A DNA stretch of 64,000 bases from Bdellovibrionales bacterium (GTDB lineage Bacteria > Bdellovibrionota > Bdellovibrionia > Bdellovibrionales > UBA1609): the NCBI GenBank assembly GCA_965261545.1, contig CBDHDF010000002.1:672001-736000 (forward strand), read 5' to 3'. Positions 45,859 through 55,130 of this stretch are shown piece by piece. Under the pieces are notes generated by a model. The model saw nothing but the letters and a program-made list of their open reading frames with translations, did not search any database and was not told the DNA's origin. A program made the translations under genes and the position numbers. Within the stretch, counting starts at the first letter, position 1; every line of letters starts with the position of its first letter.

Positions 45859-47187
45859 ATGTTATTTATTCCCTCAGAATTGATTAAAAAAAAGCGTGAG
45901 GGAGAAGTTCATTCCCCCGAGGAGATAGAGTTTCTCATCCAGCAATTCACAGATGGAAACATTCCAGATTACCAAATGTCTTCGTGGTTGATGGCTGTAT
46001 TTTTTCAAGGAGCTGCTGACTCTGAGACGGCCACATTGACAGAAGCCATGAAGAACTCAGGGGTTTGTTTTAACTTTTCTTCCCTTGAAGCTCCTTGCGT
46101 GGATAAGCATAGTACCGGGGGTATCGGGGATAAAACGAGTCTGATTCTAGGTCCTATTGCGGCTGCGGCAGGTGTACCTGTTCCTATGATAGCTGGGCGA
46201 AGTCTCGGTTATACAGGGGGAACTCTCGACAAACTTGAAAGCATACCTGGCTTTCGAGTTATGCTTGATAAAAAAGAGACAGAAGATAATGTTCGCAACA
46301 TGGGTCTTGCCATGATAGGACAGACCAAGGATATTTGCCCTGCGGATCGAAAAATCTATGCTCTCAGGGGAGTGACTGCCACTATTGAATCCTACCCCCT
46401 TATTTGTGCCAGCATCATGTCAAAGAAGCTTGCTGAAGACCTTAAGGGTTTGGTGCTTGATGTTAAATTTGGAAGTGGGGCCTTTATGAAAAGCTATGAA
46501 GAGGGTCAAGAACTGGCTGATCTTCTTATTAAAACCGGTGAGGCCCACCAAGTTCATACCATCGTTCTTTTAACTTCTATGAATCAGCCCCTAGGGCGCT
46601 ATATAGGTAATTCTTTGGAGGTGAAGGAGGCTGTTGAAATCATGAAAGGAGACACATGTTTTGAAAATGGTATTGACTTTTATGAAGATACGAGAATTTT
46701 GAGTCTTGAATTGGCGGGGTATATGATTTGGATGGGAGGTCAAGCTTCCTCCCCTGAGGAGGGAGTTGTTAAGGCCACGGAAGTCTTGGAATCTGGCAGG
46801 GCCTATGAAAAATTTTTGGAGCTTTGCCAATATCAGGGGCCCGCTCGACTGGATGAGCTTTCCTTGGCAAAAAATTATTTTCCTGTTCTTTCCCCTTCCG
46901 ATGGTGTTGTGAATCAAATTCATGTGGAGCAACTTGGCTGGACGATTCTTAAAATGGGAGGTGCTCGGGAGTTTTGTCATGACACCATTGACCATAAAGT
47001 GGGCCTTGAGTGGTGTTGTCGAGTGGGTCAGAAGGTTCATAGAGGGCAGCCTTTGGCAAAAATTCACTGCGATGACCCCCAAAAGGCTCAAGAGGCTGTG
47101 GAGGATGTTTCCAAAACCGTGATTTTGGGAGGTCCCTGTCCTCCCATCAAACTGGTTCAAAAAAAAATGGGTCGAGGAGTGAGGTGA
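45859..47187 (+). CDS. pdp: Pyrimidine-nucleoside/thymidine phosphorylase
   Basis: LIKKKREG, PDYQMS, VDKHSTGGIGDKTS, GGTLDKLESIPG, SIMSKK, LDVKFGSGAFMK. Confidence 0.95.
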   Translation: MLFIPSELIKKKREGEVHSPEEIEFLIQQFTDGNIPDYQMSSWLMAVFFQGAADSETATLTEAMKNSGVCFNFSSLEAPCVDKHSTGGIGDKTSLILGPIAAAAGVPVPMIAGRSLGYTGGTLDKLESIPGFRVMLDKKETEDNVRNMGLAMIGQTKDICPADRKIYALRGVTATIESYPLICASIMSKKLAEDLKGLVLDVKFGSGAFMKSYEEGQELADLLIKTGEAHQVHTIVLLTSMNQPLGRYIGNSLEVKEAVEIMKGDTCFENGIDFYEDTRILSLELAGYMIWMGGQASSPEEGVVKATEVLESGRAYEKFLELCQYQGPARLDELSLAKNYFPVLSPSDGVVNQIHVEQLGWTILKMGGAREFCHDTIDHKVGLEWCCRVGQKVHRGQPLAKIHCDDPQKAQEAVEDVSKTVILGGPCPPIKLVQKKMGRGVR

Positions 47188-47264
47188 AAAGTGAGAAGTT
47201 GTGAAAAGCAAAGTGCAGAGGAAAGGAGTGAATGGATGTGGGTGGACATAAAAGGAGTGAATGA

Positions 47265-48140
47265 ATGGACATGAAAACTGAAAGCTTACAGAATATGTGT
47301 TTTCACGGGATGGATTCGGCTCTGACTCTTAAGTCAATCGATGAAAGCTGCCAATATATTTATAAAAAAACCTCTCTCAGGCCACGGGTGGCCATCACTT
47401 TGGGTTCGGGGCTTGCCTCTTGGGTCAAGAATGTGGATGTTGAGGTCTCTCTACCTTTTTCAGATATTCCCCACTTTCCCCTTACCACCGTGGATGGGCA
47501 CAGGGGGAGCATGATATTTGGTCACCTCCACTCACAACCTATTCTTGTTATGCAAGGGCGAATTCACTATTACGAGGGTTATACCCAGCAACAGGTGATC
47601 TACCCTACCCGTTGCTTGAAGCCATTGGGTATTGAAACTCTTATTCTCACCAATGCTTCAGGGGGCCTTGATCCTCAAATGGCTCCTGGCCATTTTATGC
47701 TTATCAAAGATCATATCAACTTGACGGGAACCAACCCTCTTATCGGACCCAACATTGTTGACCATGGGCCTCGCTTTCCCGACATGAGTCAACCTTACGA
47801 TCTATCCCTTCTCTCAAAAGCTCAAAAAATTATGAAAGATCTCCAGCTTCCCCACTCCGAGGGGGTTTATTGTGGTGTTCTCGGTCCCAGCTATGAAACA
47901 GCTTCGGAGGTTCAGTTTTTACAAAAAATTGGTGGACATGCGGTGGGTATGAGTACAGTGTCAGAGTCCATTGCCGCCGCTCATATGGGAATGAAAGTTT
48001 GTGGGATAAGCTGCATCACCAATATGGCTACGGGGCTTACAAGAGATCGCTTTACCCATGAAGATGTCACAGTTGTTGCTCAATCCATGGAAAAAGACTT
48101 TGGGGCTTTTATGGGAAGGTTCATCACTAGTTTTGCGTGA
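47265..48140 (+). CDS. punA: Purine nucleoside phosphorylase (trimeric type)
   Basis: LGSGL, GRIHYYEG, TNASGG, GPRFPDM, GPSYET..E, AVGMSTV.E, SCITN. Confidence 0.93.
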   Translation: MDMKTESLQNMCFHGMDSALTLKSIDESCQYIYKKTSLRPRVAITLGSGLASWVKNVDVEVSLPFSDIPHFPLTTVDGHRGSMIFGHLHSQPILVMQGRIHYYEGYTQQQVIYPTRCLKPLGIETLILTNASGGLDPQMAPGHFMLIKDHINLTGTNPLIGPNIVDHGPRFPDMSQPYDLSLLSKAQKIMKDLQLPHSEGVYCGVLGPSYETASEVQFLQKIGGHAVGMSTVSESIAAAHMGMKVCGISCITNMATGLTRDRFTHEDVTVVAQSMEKDFGAFMGRFITSFA

Positions 48141-48236
48141 AATTTTTCGGCATATGTACTTGATGCCACTCGCCCGCATTTTTCACAAACTAAGAAATGT
48201 TCTTTCTTAAAAATATAGGGTTTTATTTAAGAAATT

Positions 48237-49082
48237 TTACATCGTGGTCCCCTTGATTTTAGTGGTCTCTGTGATTTTTTTAAGTAAATACCTCTTTGGC
48301 CATGGACTTTTGTCTTTGGTCACTAGAAAGTCGCCTTGGGGGTTTCTGACAATACCGATGGGTAAAACAAGACGAGATTGCCCAGGGCGAGTTCCCCCAT
48401 TGTAGGTGATAAAAATTTGTCTTCTGTTAGAAATAGCTTGAAGGATGGGTGATATAAGAGGATTTTCTTTGAATTCATGGATAGAGTAGTTTTCCCAAAG
48501 GAGGTTTTCTCCTTGGGCAGCCATCAGTTCATCCAAAGATGAATTTTCCCCACATCGACGAAAAATTTCCAAGCCCACTTGCAAACAAGCTTTGGCATCA
48601 TCAAGGGCACGGTGGGCCTCCCCTCCATCTATGTTTAAAAACTGAACGAGGGTTTGAAGCTTGTGGTTGGGAGCTTCAGGTATCAGTTTTCTTGAAAGAA
48701 GACTGCTGCAAAGAATGGGGGTCGAAGGCCATGCTAAGAGAGCCTTTTCAAATTCTATGGCTAAAAAGCCTAAATCAAAGGGAGCATGGTGAGCCATAAT
48801 TACAGAATCACCTATGAATTCATAAAAATCTTTAATCACTTCTCCCACGGAGGGAGCCCCTTGAATCATTTCGTTAGTGATCCTATGAATGGCAATGACT
48901 TCATCCGACATAGGGTCATTGGGCCGAATTAAGGTTTGGTACTCACCCACCACATCACCACCCCTCCACTTCACGGCCGCTATTTCACAAATTTCGGATT
49001 GCAGGGGGTACGGCCCCGTGGTTTCCAAATCAAAAGCCACAAGAGTTATATTTTGCCAAGAACAAGAAGCTGGATGTCTCAT
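48237..49082 (-). CDS. DEDDh 3'-5' exonuclease (DnaQ-like) with C-terminal WYL-like domain
   Basis: FDLETTG, AHHAPFD, HRALDDA; C-terminal LQAI...I.ITY.GG...R.V.P. Confidence 0.88.
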   Translation of the reverse strand: MRHPASCSWQNITLVAFDLETTGPYPLQSEICEIAAVKWRGGDVVGEYQTLIRPNDPMSDEVIAIHRITNEMIQGAPSVGEVIKDFYEFIGDSVIMAHHAPFDLGFLAIEFEKALLAWPSTPILCSSLLSRKLIPEAPNHKLQTLVQFLNIDGGEAHRALDDAKACLQVGLEIFRRCGENSSLDELMAAQGENLLWENYSIHEFKENPLISPILQAISNRRQIFITYNGGTRPGQSRLVLPIGIVRNPQGDFLVTKDKSPWPKRYLLKKITETTKIKGTTM

Positions 49083-49121
49083 TCTGCGGCACTCCTTACA
49101 ACTCTCCTCACCTTGTTTCCC

Positions 49122-49877
49122 TCACTGTGGCTCTGTTCTTTGGGATCTTGAAGTGACTCCAGTGGTTCCTGGGTATTTCAGGTGGGCGACTCCCAATGAA
49201 CTTGTCATGGTCAGTTGATTGGGACGACTTTCAATATCCAACATAGAAACATCAAAGGTCACTTGATAGGGTTTATGAAACCGGGTCAGATAAGGAAACA
49301 AAGACTTAAGTTCCACAAAGCTCCTGGAAACCTTCTTCACCTGGCCAGTATAACGGAAACCATCCTGATGAAGATAAACCTTCCAGATCGATTTATTCTC
49401 CTTGTACATATTGTTGTGCTCTTTGACAGGTGTGTATAAGAAAATCATAAAATTTGCTTTTGCAGACATTTCCTGCCACTTCTTCTCTTGTTCCTCCCTC
49501 TGCTTTTTCTCATCCCACTGCATATAAGCGCCCATCTTGTCTAAGTGAGCCTCCGTGACCTGAGAATTAAGGATGGTGGCTGAAACCTGAAAGGTATTTT
49601 GAAAACCATTGTACTGAGAGCGAGAATCTGTAAATTGACCAATCAAAGCCTGGTAGTCCAAAGCTTCTTGGTCTGCGGCATCCCCATTTAAAAAGCTGCT
49701 CACCCGAGAATCAAAAACTTTTGAAACCAATGAAGAGGCGCAAGATGCCAAGTGAAGGAAGCCCAGAAATAAAACTGCATAAAAAAGAAAAAGTCGAAAG
49801 TAACAAAATGGACGTAAGTAGCCTAAGTGACAACAGTAACGAAAGTTAGGTTTTCGGACCTCTTCATATTTCTTCAT
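49122..49877 (-). CDS. Hypothetical lipoprotein
   Basis: Hydrophobic segment ending LASC; co-oriented in operon; true start likely downstream of 49877. Confidence 0.65.
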   Translation of the reverse strand: MKKYEEVRKPNFRYCCHLGYLRPFCYFRLFLFYAVLFLGFLHLASCASSLVSKVFDSRVSSFLNGDAADQEALDYQALIGQFTDSRSQYNGFQNTFQVSATILNSQVTEAHLDKMGAYMQWDEKKQREEQEKKWQEMSAKANFMIFLYTPVKEHNNMYKENKSIWKVYLHQDGFRYTGQVKKVSRSFVELKSLFPYLTRFHKPYQVTFDVSMLDIESRPNQLTMTSSLGVAHLKYPGTTGVTSRSQRTEPQ

Positions 49878-49887
49878 ATTTCATAGC

Positions 49888-50787
49888 CTATACAAAAGAG
49901 TTGATAAATTCCCTTAAATCTTGAATCGCCTGGTCTCTCTCTAAATCATTAAAAATTTCGTGGCAACTTTGCGAGTATACCTCCACCCGGCACTCCTCTC
50001 TATTGAGTTTTTGACACACACCAAGAGAGCTTTCACTATCAATAATGGTGTCCTTTCCAGGAATCTGAAACAAAAAGGGCAAATCGACGTCAGGCAATTC
50101 CCTACGCACATAGTCAAAATTCTCTATCATACCTAAGAAGAGACGCGGAGAAATACGATCATGGCGCAAAGGGTCTTTATCGTAGAGTTTTATTTTCTCA
50201 AAGTTTTGTGTGAGTTGGGTGTACTTGATTTCGTTACCTAAAGTCACCCAAGGTAGCCAACGAGAAACCCACTTCGCTGCCATCACTTTCAATAGCGGTG
50301 GCCGTAAAGCCAACCCCAGTGCAGGGGCAGAAAGACACGCCGCCGTGACTCCAAGATTATTTTCAATAAGAGCCTTAAGAACAATAAGGCCACCAAGAGA
50401 GTGCCCAAAGAAAATTTTTGGCTGATTGGTAAAAACAAGCTGATATTGGCTTAGGTGATTGTTGAAAGCAACCAGATCTGAAACAAAGTCATCAAAGTGT
50501 GTAATATAGCCTCTTTTTCCAGAAGACCGACCATGCCCTCGCAGGTCCCATGCAAAAACATCCCAGCAATCCCCATTGAGAGCATGGGCCAACTCCTCAT
50601 AACAATCAGAGTGCTCCGCCAAACCATGGGTGATTAAAACAACACCCCGTGGAGAATCCACTCTCCATTGCTGAAAAAAGATTTCAGACCGATCCAATGT
50701 AGTAAAACTGGATTCATACTTTGAATATTTCCTATTTAGAGCATCATGGTAAGAAGAATTCTTGGAGGAAGTCGTGGGCATAGACAT
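49888..50787 (-). CDS. Alpha/beta hydrolase, lysophospholipase-like
   Basis: HGLAEH, DLRGHGRS.G.RG, GHSLGG, HEIFND. Confidence 0.92.
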   Translation of the reverse strand: MSMPTTSSKNSSYHDALNRKYSKYESSFTTLDRSEIFFQQWRVDSPRGVVLITHGLAEHSDCYEELAHALNGDCWDVFAWDLRGHGRSSGKRGYITHFDDFVSDLVAFNNHLSQYQLVFTNQPKIFFGHSLGGLIVLKALIENNLGVTAACLSAPALGLALRPPLLKVMAAKWVSRWLPWVTLGNEIKYTQLTQNFEKIKLYDKDPLRHDRISPRLFLGMIENFDYVRRELPDVDLPFLFQIPGKDTIIDSESSLGVCQKLNREECRVEVYSQSCHEIFNDLERDQAIQDLREFINSFV

Positions 50788-50897
50788 GGGTCGAGTGTAT
50801 AATAAATCTGGAGGAATGTCCTCTATATAGACTCAAGGCGGCGATTTTATATGGTGTAGCATTTACCTGAAATGTATCTATCCAAAGGGTGTCGCAT

Positions 50898-51308
50898 TCA
50901 TTCAAGAGACGTTTTGCACAGTGCTTGAAGAACCTCCTCAAGTTGCTGAAGCTCCCTTTCTGTGAACTTTCGGCCCTCCATGAGGGCCATGAGTTTCTCC
51001 ATAAGAGATATAAAATCATTTTCAAATAGAGTTTCTAAAAGTGAATTTAAATATCTCAATTGGTAGTCTTCTTTCAGAACTTGCTCTCGATACACATATC
51101 TACGACCAAAAGCAGTTTTTTTCAAAAACTCCTTTCTCTCAAGAAGTCTTAGCATAGTTGAAACTGTTGTATAGGCATAGGTACCCTGAGATTTCAAACA
51201 AGCCTGCACATCATAAACCGTTGAAGGTCCATGTTGCCAAATCACCCTCATGAAACTCAACTCAAAGTCAGTGAGAAAAGAACCTGTGGGTTTAAGTTGA
51301 CGCCCCAT
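50898..51308 (-). CDS. BlaI/MecI/CopY-family repressor
   Basis: LTDFEL..MRVIW..GPSTV.DV, AYTTVSTML.LLE.K.F, GR.YVY. Confidence 0.88.
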   Translation of the reverse strand: MGRQLKPTGSFLTDFELSFMRVIWQHGPSTVYDVQACLKSQGTYAYTTVSTMLRLLERKEFLKKTAFGRRYVYREQVLKEDYQLRYLNSLLETLFENDFISLMEKLMALMEGRKFTERELQQLEEVLQALCKTSLE

Positions 51309-51532
51309 GAAGCAAACTCCGTAACAAATGTCCAAAAAGAGCCAAAACAAAGCATTGACCAGAAAGCACCCGACGATTCTACTGTTTATTCAATCCACTC
51401 ATTCATACTAACTATATTTTTAGTACATTTCAACTATATATTTAGTTTTTATTGCATGCGTACGAATGTCTATAATGGTGGTACTTCTGAGAACTGCGGA
51501 CTCTCCAGTATGAAATATACATGCTATGAAAG

Positions 51533-51847
51533 CTAATGCTTGAGAGGCGAGGCTGTTTGAATCGAGTTTTCCAGAATATGAAAGTAGGTTCTTAGAAGAA
51601 TCTCGTAGCTATCTGGATCAAGGTGGCTTAAAAATGACTGTTTTTCTTCAAAGGACTCCAACTCAAGAAACTGGGAAAACAATTCTTGAATGCGTATAAG
51701 GTTGTCCATGGTAAAAAACTCTATTTCTTCCGTAGGCTTTTGAAGAATTTGAGCAATGGTATCATTATCATAAAGAAGGTGAATTCCCTTCATCGATTGT
51801 GTGAGAAGACCCTCTATTTTATCAAGTTGATATTCTTCAACGTGCAT
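51533..51847 (-). CDS. Small hypothetical helical protein
   Basis: Clean 104-codon ORF with natural composition, SD-like AAGGGG upstream. Confidence 0.65.
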   Translation of the reverse strand: MHVEEYQLDKIEGLLTQSMKGIHLLYDNDTIAQILQKPTEEIEFFTMDNLIRIQELFSQFLELESFEEKQSFLSHLDPDSYEILLRTYFHILENSIQTASPLKH

Positions 51848-52129
51848 CTTTCATGGCCCCTTCCTTGGGATATCTCAAAATGGAGAAAACCAACTAAGTA
51901 TATTTGTATTTTGTAAGAAAATGTATTCACGATGCAAGGGAAAAAGAAAATGAGAGATATTTGACATGAACTGTCGAAAAGGGACTGTAAAAATAATTGT
52001 GTAACTGCAATTTTTTTCTTAAATCTTAAAGCCACTTATGTGGCTCCACTCCTGGTAAAAAGCACAGTCCCATATTATTCGTCAATGTATAATTGACATT
52101 TTTTCCTTCAAGCGATTTTGTCAGTCACA

Positions 52130-52282
52130 ATGCATTATAAGTTAATGGGGAGGTGGACATCTTCGCTGGTCTATATAATTGGCCTCTTTAGTTACTCTGG
52201 ACTTTTGATTGTATTATGGAGCCGTAATGGGATCATATCAGAACTGGAAAGAACTCAAATAAATAATTATCATCTTGGTTGA
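52130..52282 (+). CDS. Candidate 50-aa single-TM peptide in the IS256 tail (copy 2)
   Basis: Same ORF as 31456-31608. Confidence 0.4.
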   Translation: MHYKLMGRWTSSLVYIIGLFSYSGLLIVLWSRNGIISELERTQINNYHLG

Positions 52283-52593
52283 AAAAAAATCAGCAATGGC
52301 TCTCTCAAAAAAATGGAAATTCCAATCTCATCAAAGGGTTCATGTGTTTAGGTTCCCATACTATATTACCCCCTTTTTTTTATTTTTTTTAACTTAGGAT
52401 ATTCGAGAAATACCAGAATTGGGATGAAATATGAAAAAAAATGGGAACCCAAATCTGCACCAAGAGGGCATGTATTTAGGTTCCCATACTATATTACCCT
52501 AACCATAGTCTCGGTATTCCAGTACTTCTGTCAACGCCTTAGAGGGGCTTTTAAGCCCCCTTATAAGGCAGGTGGTGGACCTTATTAAAAAAC

Positions 52594-53796
52594 TTAGTTG
52601 TCAAAACGGTCACCGTATTCAATGGCAAACCTGTTCATGGCTGGCTTCCAGTTGTGTAATGGTCGTGTCCATCGCTTAGAGGCCATTTTTATCGCTAAAT
52701 ATACAACTTTTAAAGCCGACCGATCACTGGGAAATATCTTACGATTTCTGATCGCCTTGCGGATCACGCTATTTAACGACTCTATGGCGTTTGTGGTATA
52801 AAAAATCTTTCTGATTTCATCCGGATAATCGAAAATAGTGATGAGATTGTCCCAATTCCTACGCCAAGACTTTTCAATATTCGGATACTTTGAAGACCAC
52901 TTGGTACAAAATTCCTCAAGGGCCTTTTCAGCTTCTGTCAGAGTCGTAGAGCCATAAATGGACTTGAGGTCTTGGGCGACAGCTTTCATATCCTTGGAAG
53001 GAACATAGCGAAGGGAATTGCGGACCATATGGACAATGCACAGTTGTACTTTAGACTTGGGAAAAGCCGCTGAAATGGCTTGAGGAAAACCTGTAAGACC
53101 ATCTACAGAAAATATAAATACGTCTTTCAACCCTCGATTTTGCAGCTCAGTCAAAACACTCAACCAAAACTTTGAACCCTCATTTTCAGAAATCCATAGG
53201 CCCAACAAGTCTTTCTGACCCTCCTCTGTAATACCAAGAGCTAGGTAAATCGCCTTATTAATAACTCTCTTGTCTTGATGGACCTTCACCACGATACAGT
53301 CCAAAAATACGATAGGGTAAGTGCTATCCAAGGGGCGGTTCTGCCAAGCCGTAACTTCATCAATAACAGCATCCGTCACGTTGGCTATCACTGAGTGGGA
53401 TATCTCTGCACCATGGTAGAGGTCTTTGATAGCTCCTTGAATATCCCTGGTCGTCATTCCCCTCGCATAGAGGGTCAGAATACTGTCTTCAAAGCCCTCA
53501 AGACGAGTCTTGCCTTTGGGAATGACTTGGGGCTCAAAGGAGGCACTTCGGTCACGGGGGACCTGAAGCTCCACCTCGCCTTTCTCTCCCTTTATGGTCT
53601 TTCTACTGTAACCATTGCGAGTGTTGGATTTGCGGGTCTCAGACTTCTCATGCCTCTCATAACCTAGGTGATCGTCCATTTCCGCATTAAGAGCTGTCTC
53701 TAAAACAACCTTCATCAGTTGACCCGTTATGTCGGATAAATCCTTTTGGGTCTTGACGTTCTTCGCTAGTTCCTTGCCTATTGTCTTGATATCCAT
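52594..53796 (-). CDS. IS256-family transposase (identical protein to 29942-31144)
   Basis: Identical 400-aa translation. Confidence 0.97.
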   Translation of the reverse strand: MDIKTIGKELAKNVKTQKDLSDITGQLMKVVLETALNAEMDDHLGYERHEKSETRKSNTRNGYSRKTIKGEKGEVELQVPRDRSASFEPQVIPKGKTRLEGFEDSILTLYARGMTTRDIQGAIKDLYHGAEISHSVIANVTDAVIDEVTAWQNRPLDSTYPIVFLDCIVVKVHQDKRVINKAIYLALGITEEGQKDLLGLWISENEGSKFWLSVLTELQNRGLKDVFIFSVDGLTGFPQAISAAFPKSKVQLCIVHMVRNSLRYVPSKDMKAVAQDLKSIYGSTTLTEAEKALEEFCTKWSSKYPNIEKSWRRNWDNLITIFDYPDEIRKIFYTTNAIESLNSVIRKAIRNRKIFPSDRSALKVVYLAIKMASKRWTRPLHNWKPAMNRFAIEYGDRFDN

Positions 53797-53858
53797 TTTG
53801 CCTTCTCCTTTCAGGATGATAGTTCATCCTAATATGATTCGGCAGTTACACAAAATAG

Positions 53859-53886
53859 TTTACAGGCTCGTCGAAAAACCTATCAT
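53859..53886 (+). promoter_or_regulatory. Putative IS-created hybrid sigma70 promoter
   Basis: TTTACA (in IS IR, 53859-53864)-N16-TATCAT (53881-53886); the pre-insertion site reconstructs as TTGACA-N17-TATCAT. Confidence 0.6.
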
Positions 53887-53985
53887 AGGGCCTAGGGAAG
53901 TAATTGTGTTTTAAATGTGTTATTATTTCAAATAAATGCAATTGAATACAATTTTAAAAAACACCCCACCAATGGATAAGGCTAT

Positions 53986-54819
53986 ATGTCTAGTTCTATA
54001 AATCAGAAAAAGAACCATGAAATTGTTGTCGACCAAGCAAAGGGCTTGGTGTTTTCCTCGGAAGAGGAACTATATGCTTACTTTATAAGTGAAATTAAAA
54101 CCCTTGAGTCAGAGTTTTTTAAACTTCGTTCCACCTCCAATGATATCCATAAGGCGAAGTTCTCCAGATTTGATAAACACCTCAACGATGCCCTCGAAGA
54201 TCCAGGGGAGATTTGGGAAGACAATGGTTCTCTCAAGGGTCGTCGACTTGCTATTTATATTAAAGATTTTAGCAAAAATAATGATGAGTCCCTTTTTCAT
54301 GTAGCCATCACCTACTTAATAGATGATATACCCAGCTTTGTGTATCTTCACTTTCCTACGAAAGATATGAGTCTCATTGAAAAGTATCGCCGCGGTCATT
54401 TACTTTATAAAAAGTCTCTTAAGGAGATTCCAGTAGGTGCGGCTGAAGGAGATGCCTTAATGGAAGGCAATAACCTAGCTCTAGGTTTGTATAAAGCTAT
54501 GAGTAAATTACGTAGCGACAAAGACATTCAAGAAGAAAATTTTTCTCAATATATCAAATTTAGAGAGACAACCATTGAAGATGCCGATGAGATTTGGCGT
54601 GGCAATGACTCCATGGGGAATATTTTAGTGCGTTTCATCAAAGAGTTCTCATTTCAAGGAGAAGATATCTTTTATGTTGTTGTCACTGTTGAAGAAATGG
54701 CATCCAATAGCCATGCCCTTTTGTTCTCATTCCCCACCAGAGACAAGGGACTTGTTATGAGGTACAGGTATGGTGAAAATCTACAGGCTGAAGAAGTCGT
54801 TCGGGAATCATCTCACTAA
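53986..54819 (+). CDS. Hypothetical protein with two internally repeated domains (possible BECR/PBECR-like fold)
   Basis: LEDPGEIW...IYIKDF...HFPTKD.SLIEKYRRG versus IEDADEIW...RFIKEF...SFPTRD.GLV.RYRYG. Confidence 0.75.
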   Translation: MSSSINQKKNHEIVVDQAKGLVFSSEEELYAYFISEIKTLESEFFKLRSTSNDIHKAKFSRFDKHLNDALEDPGEIWEDNGSLKGRRLAIYIKDFSKNNDESLFHVAITYLIDDIPSFVYLHFPTKDMSLIEKYRRGHLLYKKSLKEIPVGAAEGDALMEGNNLALGLYKAMSKLRSDKDIQEENFSQYIKFRETTIEDADEIWRGNDSMGNILVRFIKEFSFQGEDIFYVVVTVEEMASNSHALLFSFPTRDKGLVMRYRYGENLQAEEVVRESSH

Positions 54820-55130
54820 GACAAGATCATAGGACAAAACTTTGGTTCTGGCTTCGCCAGGTTAGCTTATCTATAAATGAGGGCTTATCTTCTATAGACA
54901 AGATAGTGCTATACGGTATTGCTGCACAGCGTTAATGCCCACTTAACTTTACATACTTTATGTATTACCCTTTTTTTAGTTAAATAGTAGCTGTTCATAT
55001 CACTGTTCAGGAGGCACAAGTTTACAGAAAGGGGATGACAGTTCTTCTGGTTAAAGAGGGATACTGCTACTTCTTGAGTTCTGCCGCTCTCTGAACAGTT
55101 ACTAAAGTACTTTTAAAAACGGAGTTTTTT

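Larger units (their letters stand above)
51981..53869 (-). mobile_element. IS256-family element, full copy 2 (1889 bp)
   Basis: Same IRs and length as copy 1; different 8-bp TSD GTCGAAAA (51973-51980, 53870-53877). Confidence 0.96.

Noticed and set aside
55002..55099. topA leader hairpin as SRP (4.5S) or 6S RNA
   Set aside because: Lacks the SRP helix-8 motif and is too short for a typical 6S RNA
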